Positions 19,726 through 28,169 of a stretch of DNA of 64,000 nt are shown here, in pieces. Position 1 is the first letter of the stretch, and every line of letters starts with the position of its first letter. The DNA is from Gemmatimonadales bacterium (GTDB taxonomy: Bacteria > Gemmatimonadota > Gemmatimonadetes > Gemmatimonadales > GWC2-71-9). Under the pieces are notes generated by a model. That model saw nothing but the letters and a program-made list of their open reading frames with translations. It searched no databases and had not been told where the DNA came from. Both the position numbers and the translations under genes were made by a program. The stretch lies in contig DATLKF010000010.1 in assembly GCA_035538515.1 (NCBI GenBank), positions 194,679 through 258,678 on the forward strand, in the 5' to 3' direction.

Positions 19726-22011
19726 ATGGGGTTTGCGCGCAAGACAGCTGGCAAACCCGCGGAGGGCAGGGTGCCCAGGCTCCCCCGACAGATTCAGTGC
19801 GCGGTTGGCTTGCTGGCGTCGGGCTCAGTCGCCCAGGCGGTCGCGCAGGCGTCGCCAAGACAGGGCCGCGAGGCCGTCCTCACCGTCCCCCGTGTGGACC
19901 AGGCGCCGCGGCTGGAAGACTTCGTCGGCGACGATCCCCCGCCGGGCGCCGTCAGTGTGACCGACTTCCGACAGCGCGAGCCCGGCGACGGCGTGCCGGT
20001 GAGCCACCCAACCGCCGCCTACCTGAGCTACGACGATCGCAACCTTTACGTCGTCTTCGTTTGTGCCGACGACCCGACCAAGGTTCGGGCCGGGCTCGCG
20101 AAGCGCGAAGAGATCCTTGTCGACGACGCGGTCGCCGTCTACCTCGACACGTTTCACGATCGTAAACGCGCGTACCTCTTCCAGGCGAACCCGAACGGCG
20201 TGCAGCTCGACGGCATCGTGACCGAGGGGCAGGACGACGACTACAGCTTCGACGCGGTATGGCAGTCGGACGGCCGTCTCACCGCTCAGGGTTACGTGGT
20301 GCGGTTCGCCATCCCGTTCCGCAGCCTGCGCTTCGCCAACACGCCGACGCAGAGCTGGGGAATCGGACTCGCCCGCTTCATCCGTCGGACCAACGAAGAG
20401 GCGTACTGGCCCGTGGTGAGCAAGCGGCTGGCTGGATTCGTGCCGCAGTTCGCCGCGCTCGAAGGCCTGCACGACATCTCGCCGGGTCGAAACATCCAGG
20501 CCATTCCCTACAGCGCCTACACCGGAGGCCGCTTCCTCGACATGGACGTGCCCGAGTTCCGCGTGGCGAGCGATCATCGCATGGGGCTCGACCTCAAGGC
20601 GGTCGTCCAGGACGCGCTCACATTCGACGGGACGGTGAACCCCGACTTCAGTCAAGTGGAGTCGGACGAGCCCCAGGTGACGATCAACTCGCGGTTCGAG
20701 ACGTTCTTTCCCGAGAAGCGCCCGTTCTTCATCGAGAACGCCGGGTACTTCCAGACCCCCGTGAACCTGATGTTCTCGCGTCGCATCGCGGACCCTGGCG
20801 CCGGGTTGCGACTCACCGGCAAGGCGGGCCGCTGGGCGCTGGGCGCGATCGCGATCGACGACCGTGCCCCCGAGGAGTTCCTAGACGCCGGCCTCGAGCA
20901 AACCCCACGGGCCGGGATCGGGGTCGTGCGCCTGCAGCGGGAAATCGGGCGCGAGTCCGCCGTGGGGATGTTCGCGAGTAACCGCCAGGTCGCGGGCGGC
21001 TCGAACCGCGTCGTCTCCGCCGACGCCCGGCTCGCGCTCACCAAGACCTGGATCTTGAGCGGCCAGGCGATCGCGACGCGCACCGCCGATTCGACGGGGG
21101 CCGGCGTGTCCGGAAACGGCCTCTTCGCCCAGTTGAGCCATGACGGCCGCAACTTCGACTATGCGGCCCAATACTTCGATCTCGGCTCCGCGTTCGACGC
21201 CGCGCTGGGCTTCGTGCCGCGCGTGGGGATCCGGCAGCTGGAACAGGACCTGGAACTGGTGCGGCGGCCGGACGGTCCCATCGTCAAGATCGGGCCGACC
21301 TTCACGACCGTGTTCGCCTGGGATCGGGATGGCGCGCTGCTCGATCGGTCGCTGAAGGGGGTTTGGGAAGTAAAGGTCGTTGGGGGAACCAAGCTCGAAG
21401 TCGGCTACGAAAGCGCCTTCGAGCTATTCAAGGACATGCCGTTCAACACGCACGCCACCAAAGTGACGTTCGAGACCGAGTGGCTGAAGTGGCTCGCGGC
21501 GAAGGCCTCCTACAAGCAGGGAACGGACGTGAACCACAAGCCGCCGTCGGGCGTGGCGCCGTTCCTCGGCGCGACCGGAAAGGCGGAGCTCACATTCGCG
21601 CTGCGGCCGTCGTCCCGGCTGCGCCTCGATCATACCTATCTCTTCAGTCGACTCACGACCCTCCCGGGATGGGGCGCTGGACCACCCACCCGCGTGTTCA
21701 CGGACCACATCCTGCGCGAGAAGGTCAACTACCAATTCAGCCGCCCGCTCTCGGCGCGGGCGATCGTCGATTACTCGACCGCGGCTCGGGACTCGACGCT
21801 CTCGCGGGTTGACCCGGAGCGCCGCTGGGCGGTGGACATGCTGCTCACATACCTGATCAACCCGGGGACGGCCCTCTACCTGGGGTATCGCGACGGCTAT
21901 GAGAACCTGGTCATGCAGGGGACCCCGCCGGCGCTGTATCGCACCGACGAGCCCACACTCTCGGTCGGGCGTCAGGTGTTCGTGAAACTGAGCTACCTGC
22001 TGCAATTCTGA
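19726..22011 (+). CDS. CBM9-like / DUF5916 outer-membrane beta-barrel protein
   Basis: N-terminal block FRQREPGDG..YLSYDDRNLYVVFVC.D..VDDAVAVYLDTFHDRKRAYLFQANPNG. C-terminal aromatic end ...KLSYLLQF. The start is uncertain (the ORF opens at 19663). The stop lies 5 nt before the glycosyltransferase gene. Confidence 0.7.
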   Translation: MGFARKTAGKPAEGRVPRLPRQIQCAVGLLASGSVAQAVAQASPRQGREAVLTVPRVDQAPRLEDFVGDDPPPGAVSVTDFRQREPGDGVPVSHPTAAYLSYDDRNLYVVFVCADDPTKVRAGLAKREEILVDDAVAVYLDTFHDRKRAYLFQANPNGVQLDGIVTEGQDDDYSFDAVWQSDGRLTAQGYVVRFAIPFRSLRFANTPTQSWGIGLARFIRRTNEEAYWPVVSKRLAGFVPQFAALEGLHDISPGRNIQAIPYSAYTGGRFLDMDVPEFRVASDHRMGLDLKAVVQDALTFDGTVNPDFSQVESDEPQVTINSRFETFFPEKRPFFIENAGYFQTPVNLMFSRRIADPGAGLRLTGKAGRWALGAIAIDDRAPEEFLDAGLEQTPRAGIGVVRLQREIGRESAVGMFASNRQVAGGSNRVVSADARLALTKTWILSGQAIATRTADSTGAGVSGNGLFAQLSHDGRNFDYAAQYFDLGSAFDAALGFVPRVGIRQLEQDLELVRRPDGPIVKIGPTFTTVFAWDRDGALLDRSLKGVWEVKVVGGTKLEVGYESAFELFKDMPFNTHATKVTFETEWLKWLAAKASYKQGTDVNHKPPSGVAPFLGATGKAELTFALRPSSRLRLDHTYLFSRLTTLPGWGAGPPTRVFTDHILREKVNYQFSRPLSARAIVDYSTAARDSTLSRVDPERRWAVDMLLTYLINPGTALYLGYRDGYENLVMQGTPPALYRTDEPTLSVGRQVFVKLSYLLQF

Positions 22012-22015
22012 AGAT

Positions 22016-23263
22016 ATGACCGCCGCCTCCACTGCCCCCACCGCCCCCACGGCCCCCGTCGCCCCCGTCGACACCCGCACGATCCTCCTGTACGCGCAGG
22101 ACAACCAGGGGCTGGGTCATATCACGCGGACGCTGACCATCGCGCGGCACGTCCTGGCGCGGTACCCGAACAGCGTCGCCTACATCACGACGAAATCCCC
22201 GATCGCGAGCAACTTCACACTCCCTGAGCGCTGCGACTACATCAAGCTGCCCAGCCTTCTGACGGGGGAGGGAGTGCAGCGGACGGCAGAGGAGGGGGAG
22301 GTGGCGAAACAGCACCTCCGTGCCATCCGCGGCCGGATCTTGCGCGAAGCCGCGCTCGGCTTGGCCCCGGACCTCGTCCTGGTGGATCACGAGCCGCTGG
22401 GGGCGAAGGGCGAGTTCCGTGAGGGGTTGTGGATGCTGAAGGCGCAGCGCCCGGGCACGAAGTTCATCTTCGGGCTGCGCGATATCATGGACGATGAAGC
22501 GCGCATTCAAGCACAGTGGCGGGAGCTCGGGGTGTACGACGCCCTGGAGCGCCTGTACGACGGCATCGCGGTGTACGGGTCGCCCCGGCTGTACGACGTC
22601 GCCCGAGCGTATGCGATCCCGGCTTCGGTCCAGGACAAGCTGCACTACTGCGGGTATATCGTTCGCGAGCCGCCGGCAGTGGATCCCGTCCAGGTGCGCC
22701 GTCGGCACGGGTTGGCCGAGACTGGCCCGCTGATCGTGGCGACCGCCGGAAGCGGTAGCGACGGCTATCCCGTGCTCGCCGTCGCTCGCGACGCCGTGGC
22801 GCGGCTGCAGGCCCAGTCCCCCGATCTCGTGGCGATCATCGTGACGGGGCCCTTCATGCCGGCCCCGGAGCAAGCTCGGCTCCTCTCGGGCGCCACCGAG
22901 CGGTGCCGTGTCGTGCCCACGGCCGACACGCTCCAGCTCATGGCGGTCGCCGACGCCATCGTGAGCATGGGTGGGTACAACAGCGTGTGCGAGGCGCTGG
23001 CGGCGGCGCGCCCCCTGGTGGTCGTGCCCCGCGCGACGCACAAGATCGAGCAGCAGATCCGCGCCGAAACGCTCGCGGCACATGGGTTGGTCCGCTGGAT
23101 TCACCCCCGCGAGCTCGATGCCACACGGCTGGCCGAGGCGCTGGAGTGGGCCCTCGGGCGCGATCGCCGCGCTCACGCGCGCCTGGTGCGCGAGGTGATC
23201 CCGTCGTTCGACGGAGCTGCCCGGCTCACTGCGTATCTCGCCCAGTGGCTCGGGAGCGACTGA
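22016..23263 (+). CDS. GT-B fold glycosyltransferase (GT28/MurG-like C-terminal domain, COG4671-like)
   Basis: N-terminal LLYAQDNQGLGHITR. C-terminal SMGGYNSVCEALAAARPLVVVPR...EQQIRAE nucleotide-sugar-binding region. TAP/VAP repeat at the N-terminus. Confidence 0.75.
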   Translation: MTAASTAPTAPTAPVAPVDTRTILLYAQDNQGLGHITRTLTIARHVLARYPNSVAYITTKSPIASNFTLPERCDYIKLPSLLTGEGVQRTAEEGEVAKQHLRAIRGRILREAALGLAPDLVLVDHEPLGAKGEFREGLWMLKAQRPGTKFIFGLRDIMDDEARIQAQWRELGVYDALERLYDGIAVYGSPRLYDVARAYAIPASVQDKLHYCGYIVREPPAVDPVQVRRRHGLAETGPLIVATAGSGSDGYPVLAVARDAVARLQAQSPDLVAIIVTGPFMPAPEQARLLSGATERCRVVPTADTLQLMAVADAIVSMGGYNSVCEALAAARPLVVVPRATHKIEQQIRAETLAAHGLVRWIHPRELDATRLAEALEWALGRDRRAHARLVREVIPSFDGAARLTAYLAQWLGSD

Positions 23264-24273
23264 TGCGCTTCCGCTTTGAGCCCACCGACGCGCAGGTTGC
23301 CGAGCTCGAGGCGCAGTTGGCGCGGCTACGGGAGCCGGCGGTCGCGCTCGAGATCCTGCGGCCGACGTTGGCGGAGGGGAGGGGCTTCGACCCGACCGCC
23401 GTGGTCTGCGTGCTGCAGCGCGCGCATTCGGATCGCTTTGTCCTGCGGGTGCACCTGCAGTCGGCTGGTGGTGAAGCGCGGGACTATGCGCTGAAGGTGT
23501 ACGCAGACGATTTCGGCCGGCATGTGTGGGCGTACGCTCAGACCTTGGCGCAACACATAGGATCGAATCACAACGGGGTGTGCCTGCCCATTCGGTACGT
23601 GGCCTGTGAGCGCGCCCTCATCTTCCCGTGGGTGGAGGGGGAGGCCGTGACCAAGATCGTGGACGAGCGCAAACTCGAGCTGCTGTCACAAGCGGCCCGA
23701 CTCGCGGCTGACCTGCATCGCTTGTCCATCGTGCCCGAGCCCGTTACGACGGCTCGGACACTCGCCGATCAAGCACGCTTCCAATGCAACTGTCTGCCCG
23801 AGCGTTGGCCCGAAGCGGTGCCGGTCGTCGAACCGGTGCTCGCCGCCATCGAGGACGCGCTCCCCACGCTGGATCCGGCGGCACCGGCACCGGTCCACGG
23901 AGACCTGGCCGCGGGGCAGTTCGTGTGGACCGGCGATCGGCTCGTCCTGCTCGACCTGGATATGTTCGCGTACACCGATCCTGCGTATGATGCGGGGCAC
24001 TTTCTGGGCCAACTGGAGCGGCGCTACGTATCGGACCCCGCGCTTCCGGGACACGCCGAGCGCTGGCTCGCCTGCTTCCGCGACGCCTACCTGACTGCCA
24101 TGCCGCACGTGTCCCCTCGCAACATCGCGTTCTACCAGGGGCTGACGCTCGCGCGTAAGATGTACACCGTGTACCGCAGGCAGCTGCCGGATTGGCCGCG
24201 ATTGGTTCCGCGCCTCGCCGCGCGGGCGCAAGCGGCGTTGGAGGCTGTGGTGTCCCCCGGACGCGTCTCATGA
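23263..24273 (+). CDS. APH/protein-kinase-like fold phosphotransferase paralog K1
   Basis: 336 aa. Beta3-Lys context YALKVY, hinge LIFPWVEGE, catalytic loop VHGDLAAGQFVW, metal-binding LLDLD, then TDPAYDAGHFL. The ATG overlaps the GT stop (ATGA). Confidence 0.75.
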   Translation: MRFRFEPTDAQVAELEAQLARLREPAVALEILRPTLAEGRGFDPTAVVCVLQRAHSDRFVLRVHLQSAGGEARDYALKVYADDFGRHVWAYAQTLAQHIGSNHNGVCLPIRYVACERALIFPWVEGEAVTKIVDERKLELLSQAARLAADLHRLSIVPEPVTTARTLADQARFQCNCLPERWPEAVPVVEPVLAAIEDALPTLDPAAPAPVHGDLAAGQFVWTGDRLVLLDLDMFAYTDPAYDAGHFLGQLERRYVSDPALPGHAERWLACFRDAYLTAMPHVSPRNIAFYQGLTLARKMYTVYRRQLPDWPRLVPRLAARAQAALEAVVSPGRVS

Positions 24274-24312
24274 CGACCGAAGCGATCCGGTTGATCGAGG
24301 GGTACGAGGGAC

Positions 24313-26118
24313 ATGCGGCGTAGCAGGCGAACTCGATTCGGTCAGATCTTCCTCACGCATCTGCGCCAGGTCAAGGGACGCCTGGCGTGGGCCGGCCTGT
24401 GCACGCTGGGCGTGGCGTCGGCCGAGCTCCTGAAGCCGTGGCCGGTGAAGATCATCCTCGATCACGTCATTCAGGACAAGCCGCTCCCCCGTTCGTTGCG
24501 GTTTCTCGCGCCGTTCATCACCGGGGATAAAGTCCACCTGTTGGTGGAAGCCTGCGGCGCCATCATCGTGATCGCCCTTCTGGGAGGACTGTTCTCGTAC
24601 TCTCAGATCTTCATCACATCGTCCATCGGCTACCGCACCGTCTACGCGCTGCGCCGGGAGCTGTTCGCCCACCTCCAGCGGCTGTCGCTATCCTTCCACA
24701 ACCACGCGCGCTCCGGCGATCTCCTCACCAAGATCGCGGGCGACACCAACACGTTGCGGGATCTCTTTGCCGACACGCTGCTGAAGTTTTCGTCCCAGGT
24801 CCTCACGGTCGTCGGCATGTTGGCCATCATGTTCGCCGTCAACTGGCGAGTGAGTTTGATCGCACTCGGGACCATGCCGTTTCTGGGTTACAGCCTATTT
24901 CACGTCTACCGCAAGACCAAGGTGTCGGTGAAGAGGCAGCGGCGCCAGGACGGTAAGGTCGCCTCGCGCATGAACGAGGTGTTGTCGTCGATCCCGCTGG
25001 TGCAGGCGTTCGCCCGCGAGGCGCACGAGATCGAGCGGTTCGACGCGGTCACGGCCGAGACCCTGCGGGAGAGCATTCGCATTGCGCGCCTGGAGGCGGC
25101 GGCCACCCGATCGTCCGAGATCATCACGGCCATCGGAACGGCGGCGGCGTTGTTGTACGGGGCGCTGCAGGTCCTGCGCGGCGGGATGCTGCCCGGTGAG
25201 CTCGTCATCGTCTGGTCCTACCTCACCGGCATGTACAAGCCCATGCGCAGCCTCGCCAAGCTCTCGAGCGACTTCTCCAAGGCCATGGCCAGCGCGGAGC
25301 GTATCTCCGAGATCCTGGATGTCGAGCCCGAGATCCAGGATCGGCCCGATGCGATCGAAGCCGATCGCTTCCGTGGGGAAATCATCTTTCGGAACGTCTC
25401 GTTCGACTACGGCGACGGACGGGACGTGCTGCGCGATGTGTCGTTCGCGGTCTCCCCGGGCCAGCGGGTGGCGCTCGTGGGAGTGTCTGGTGCGGGCAAG
25501 TCGACGCTCGTCAGTCTGATCTTGCGGCTGTACGAGTCCCAGGAGGGGGCCGTGCTCATCGACGGGCGCGACATCCGGCAATACCGGCGGGAATCCCTGC
25601 GCCGTCAGATCGGCCTCGTGCTCCAACAGTCCATCCTGTTCGGCGCCACCGTGCGGGAGAACATCGCCTACGGAAAGCCGGACGCGACCCCGGAAGAGAT
25701 CGTGGCCGCCGCGCGGGCGGCTAACGCCGACGAGTTCATCCGGGAGCTCGAGGACGGCTACGACGCGGTGATCGGCGAGCGCGGGGCGACGCTCTCGGGC
25801 GGCCAACGACAGCGCATTGCGATCGCGCGGGCGCTCATTCGCTACGCGCCGATTCTCATCCTCGATGAGCCGATGACGGGCCTCGATGTCGAGAGCGAGG
25901 CGAAGGTGCGCGAAGCGCTGCAGCGGCTGATGGCGGGCAAGACGTGTCTCATGATCACCCATGACCTGCCGTCGATCGCTAATGCCGACCTGGTGCTGGT
26001 GCTGGAGGAGGGCCGGATGATTGGCCGCGGCACCCACGCCGAACTGCTGGCGACCAACGCCCGATACCGCGAGCTGTACGAGCTGGATCTCCCTCAGCCG
26101 GCGAGCCTCTCGACATGA
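24313..26118 (+). CDS. ABC exporter, fused permease/ATPase (ABCB/MsbA-like)
   Basis: Six-TM N-terminal domain. Walker A GVSGAGKST, signature LSGGQRQR, Walker B ILILDEP. No C39 peptidase domain. Confidence 0.92.
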   Translation: MRRSRRTRFGQIFLTHLRQVKGRLAWAGLCTLGVASAELLKPWPVKIILDHVIQDKPLPRSLRFLAPFITGDKVHLLVEACGAIIVIALLGGLFSYSQIFITSSIGYRTVYALRRELFAHLQRLSLSFHNHARSGDLLTKIAGDTNTLRDLFADTLLKFSSQVLTVVGMLAIMFAVNWRVSLIALGTMPFLGYSLFHVYRKTKVSVKRQRRQDGKVASRMNEVLSSIPLVQAFAREAHEIERFDAVTAETLRESIRIARLEAAATRSSEIITAIGTAAALLYGALQVLRGGMLPGELVIVWSYLTGMYKPMRSLAKLSSDFSKAMASAERISEILDVEPEIQDRPDAIEADRFRGEIIFRNVSFDYGDGRDVLRDVSFAVSPGQRVALVGVSGAGKSTLVSLILRLYESQEGAVLIDGRDIRQYRRESLRRQIGLVLQQSILFGATVRENIAYGKPDATPEEIVAAARAANADEFIRELEDGYDAVIGERGATLSGGQRQRIAIARALIRYAPILILDEPMTGLDVESEAKVREALQRLMAGKTCLMITHDLPSIANADLVLVLEEGRMIGRGTHAELLATNARYRELYELDLPQPASLST

Positions 26119-26145
26119 AGGCGCTCCCCGGGGGCGATTGACGCG

Positions 26146-27156
26146 ATGCGCCTCGAGTTCAAGGCGAGCCGGGAACAGCGCGCCTCCCTGCGCGCCCAAC
26201 GCGCCCGGCTGGAGCAACCGACCGCGGCCCTGGCGGTCCTCGGTCCGACGCTCCCGGCTGACGACCCGGCCGAAGCCGTGGCGTGTGGCGTCCAGAGCGT
26301 ACACCCGGACCGCTTCGTCCTCCGGGCCCGCGTCCGCACGCGGCGCGGCCAGTGGCGCTCCTATGCGCTGAAAGCGTACGCCGACGACTTCTGCGCCGGC
26401 GTGTGGGCGCACGCGCAGGCCCTGGCTGCCTGTCGCGAGATGGCGCCGGGCGACCTGTGTTTGCCGATTCGCTACGTCGCGCGCGAGCGCCTTCTGGTCT
26501 TCCCGTGGGTGGACGGGCGGTGCCTCAGCGACGTCGTGGAAGACGCGGCCCCGGAGCTGTTTCGGCGGGCGGCTCGCCTCACCGCGAGCCTGCACCGCTT
26601 GGCGCTCGCCCCGGAGCCAGCCACCACCCCGGAGCAGCTCGTGGCGCTGGTGGGCGCGCGGTGCGAGCGGCTGCGGCGGCGCTGCCCCGAGGGGGCCCCG
26701 GTTATGGAACCCCTGGTGTCGGCGCTCGCGCACGCCGCAAGCGCGCTCGATCCGGCCGAGCCCGCACTGGTGCACGGGGACCTGTGGGCCGGACATTTCT
26801 TGTGGTCGGGCGAGCAACTGGTGTTACTCGACCTGGACGCCTTCGGCTATACTGATCCGGCGTACGATGTGGGCCACTTTCTGGCACAGGCGGAGCGGGA
26901 AGCGCTCGTGGATCCCGCCCGCGCGGCGCGCGCGGATCTGCTGCGCTCCTGTTTTCTCGACGCCTATCGCACGGCGATGCCCACGGTCTCGTCGCGCAAC
27001 ATCGCGTTCTACCGCGCCCTCACGCTCACCCGCAAGATCCCCACGCTGCGCCGGATCGAGCCGGCCCGCTGGCCCGGGCTCGCGGCCAAGCTGGCGGGGC
27101 GCGCGCGCGCCGCGCTCGAGGAGATGGCCACGCCGGCCGGGGGAGGGGTCTGGTGA
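26146..27156 (+). CDS. APH/protein-kinase-like fold phosphotransferase paralog K2
   Basis: 336 aa and collinear with K1; about half the positions are identical by eye in the aligned blocks. Motifs YALKAY, LVFPWVDG, VHGDLWAGHFLW, LLDLD, TDPAYDVGHFL. Confidence 0.75.
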   Translation: MRLEFKASREQRASLRAQRARLEQPTAALAVLGPTLPADDPAEAVACGVQSVHPDRFVLRARVRTRRGQWRSYALKAYADDFCAGVWAHAQALAACREMAPGDLCLPIRYVARERLLVFPWVDGRCLSDVVEDAAPELFRRAARLTASLHRLALAPEPATTPEQLVALVGARCERLRRRCPEGAPVMEPLVSALAHAASALDPAEPALVHGDLWAGHFLWSGEQLVLLDLDAFGYTDPAYDVGHFLAQAEREALVDPARAARADLLRSCFLDAYRTAMPTVSSRNIAFYRALTLTRKIPTLRRIEPARWPGLAAKLAGRARAALEEMATPAGGGVW

Positions 27157-28169
27157 GCGCGCCGGTCACGCTCGAGTCTCCGGACGTGGCAGCGGCGCTG
27201 CGTACGACGCTCCAGGACGTGAGCGGTCCCGCAGCCCGGCTCGACTCCTGGACCGCGACGCTCGTCACGCACCACGGGCGGCGCCGCGTCGTGCGCTACG
27301 GGCTCGACGCCCATCTCCCCGGCCGCACCGATCCACAGCGCCTCGATTGGGTGGGGAAGTTCTACGACGGGGACGTGGAGGCGCGGCGGGTCGCGGACAT
27401 GCTCGTGAGTCTCGCCGGTTGCGAAGGCAGCCGGCGGGGCGCGTTTGTGGTGCCCACCCTGCTCGGCTACCACGCTGCGCGCTACCTCATCTTCATGACG
27501 TACGAGACGGGCGAGCCGGTGACACCGGCGATCGCGCGTGGGGGCGGTGTGGTGGTCGAGGCCATCGGGCGCGCGCTGGCGGCGCTGCACGCGGCCAACC
27601 CGCCCGTCACGGTTCCCGTGGTGACGACGCCGGCGGTGGTCCTTGAGCACTTGCGGCCCCGTGTCACCGCGATGGCCGAGCGGGTTCCGGAGGCAGGGGG
27701 GAGGGGGGGCGTTGTGCAGCGCGCCTTCGGACGGCTGGAAGGAGCGGCGCCCGTAGCCGATCGCGCTCCGGCGTTTCTGCACGGTGATTTCGGTCCAGCG
27801 CAACTGCTGTGGCGCGGCGATCGGGTCGTGATCTTCGATTTCGACCGCGCGACGCGGGGCGATCCCGCGCTCGACCTTGGGAACCTCCTGACCCAGCTGC
27901 GCCGCAGTGCGCTGCGCAAGCCTGGACGGCTCGGGGACTTCGCTACGCTGCGCACGACCTTCCTCGATGCCTACCAGCGCCGCGCGGGCTGCGACCTGGG
28001 GCTTGCGGATCGGGTCGGCTGGTATGAGCTGGCAACCCTGTTGCGCAAGATCTATTCGTTGTTCTTCGATACCACCCGCCACCCGGAGCCTGCGGCGCTC
28101 GAACGTCGGCGGACCGAGGCGGTGCGTCTACTGGAGGAGCTGGGCGTAGTCGGGTCGCCTGGGCGATGA
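27153..28169 (+). CDS. APH/protein-kinase-like fold phosphotransferase paralog K3
   Basis: 338 aa. Motifs WVGKFY, LIFMTYETGE, LHGDFGPAQLLW, VIFDFD, GDPALDLGNLL. The GTG start overlaps the K2 stop (GTGA). Confidence 0.7.
   Translation: MSAPVTLESPDVAAALRTTLQDVSGPAARLDSWTATLVTHHGRRRVVRYGLDAHLPGRTDPQRLDWVGKFYDGDVEARRVADMLVSLAGCEGSRRGAFVVPTLLGYHAARYLIFMTYETGEPVTPAIARGGGVVVEAIGRALAALHAANPPVTVPVVTTPAVVLEHLRPRVTAMAERVPEAGGRGGVVQRAFGRLEGAAPVADRAPAFLHGDFGPAQLLWRGDRVVIFDFDRATRGDPALDLGNLLTQLRRSALRKPGRLGDFATLRTTFLDAYQRRAGCDLGLADRVGWYELATLLRKIYSLFFDTTRHPEPAALERRRTEAVRLLEELGVVGSPGR

Noticed and set aside
24895-26817. 640-aa ORF antisense to the ABC exporter and K2. Similar long shadow ORFs occur at 5247-6404(-), 9753-10919(-), 21911-23176(-), 27009-28082(-), 33260-35257(-), 49066-50328(+) and 62516-63640(-).
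   Set aside because: These have the Arg/Gly/Pro/His-rich low-complexity composition typical of antisense frames in high-GC DNA. None has a domain motif, and each is fully overlapped by a gene with clear family signatures.
27696-27709. G6-A-G7 tract inside kinase paralog K3, as a phase-variation site.
   Set aside because: It encodes a Gly/Arg-rich loop (EAGGRGGVV) in a high-GC gene. It is shorter than typical contingency tracts, and heterogeneity cannot be assessed from a single sequence.
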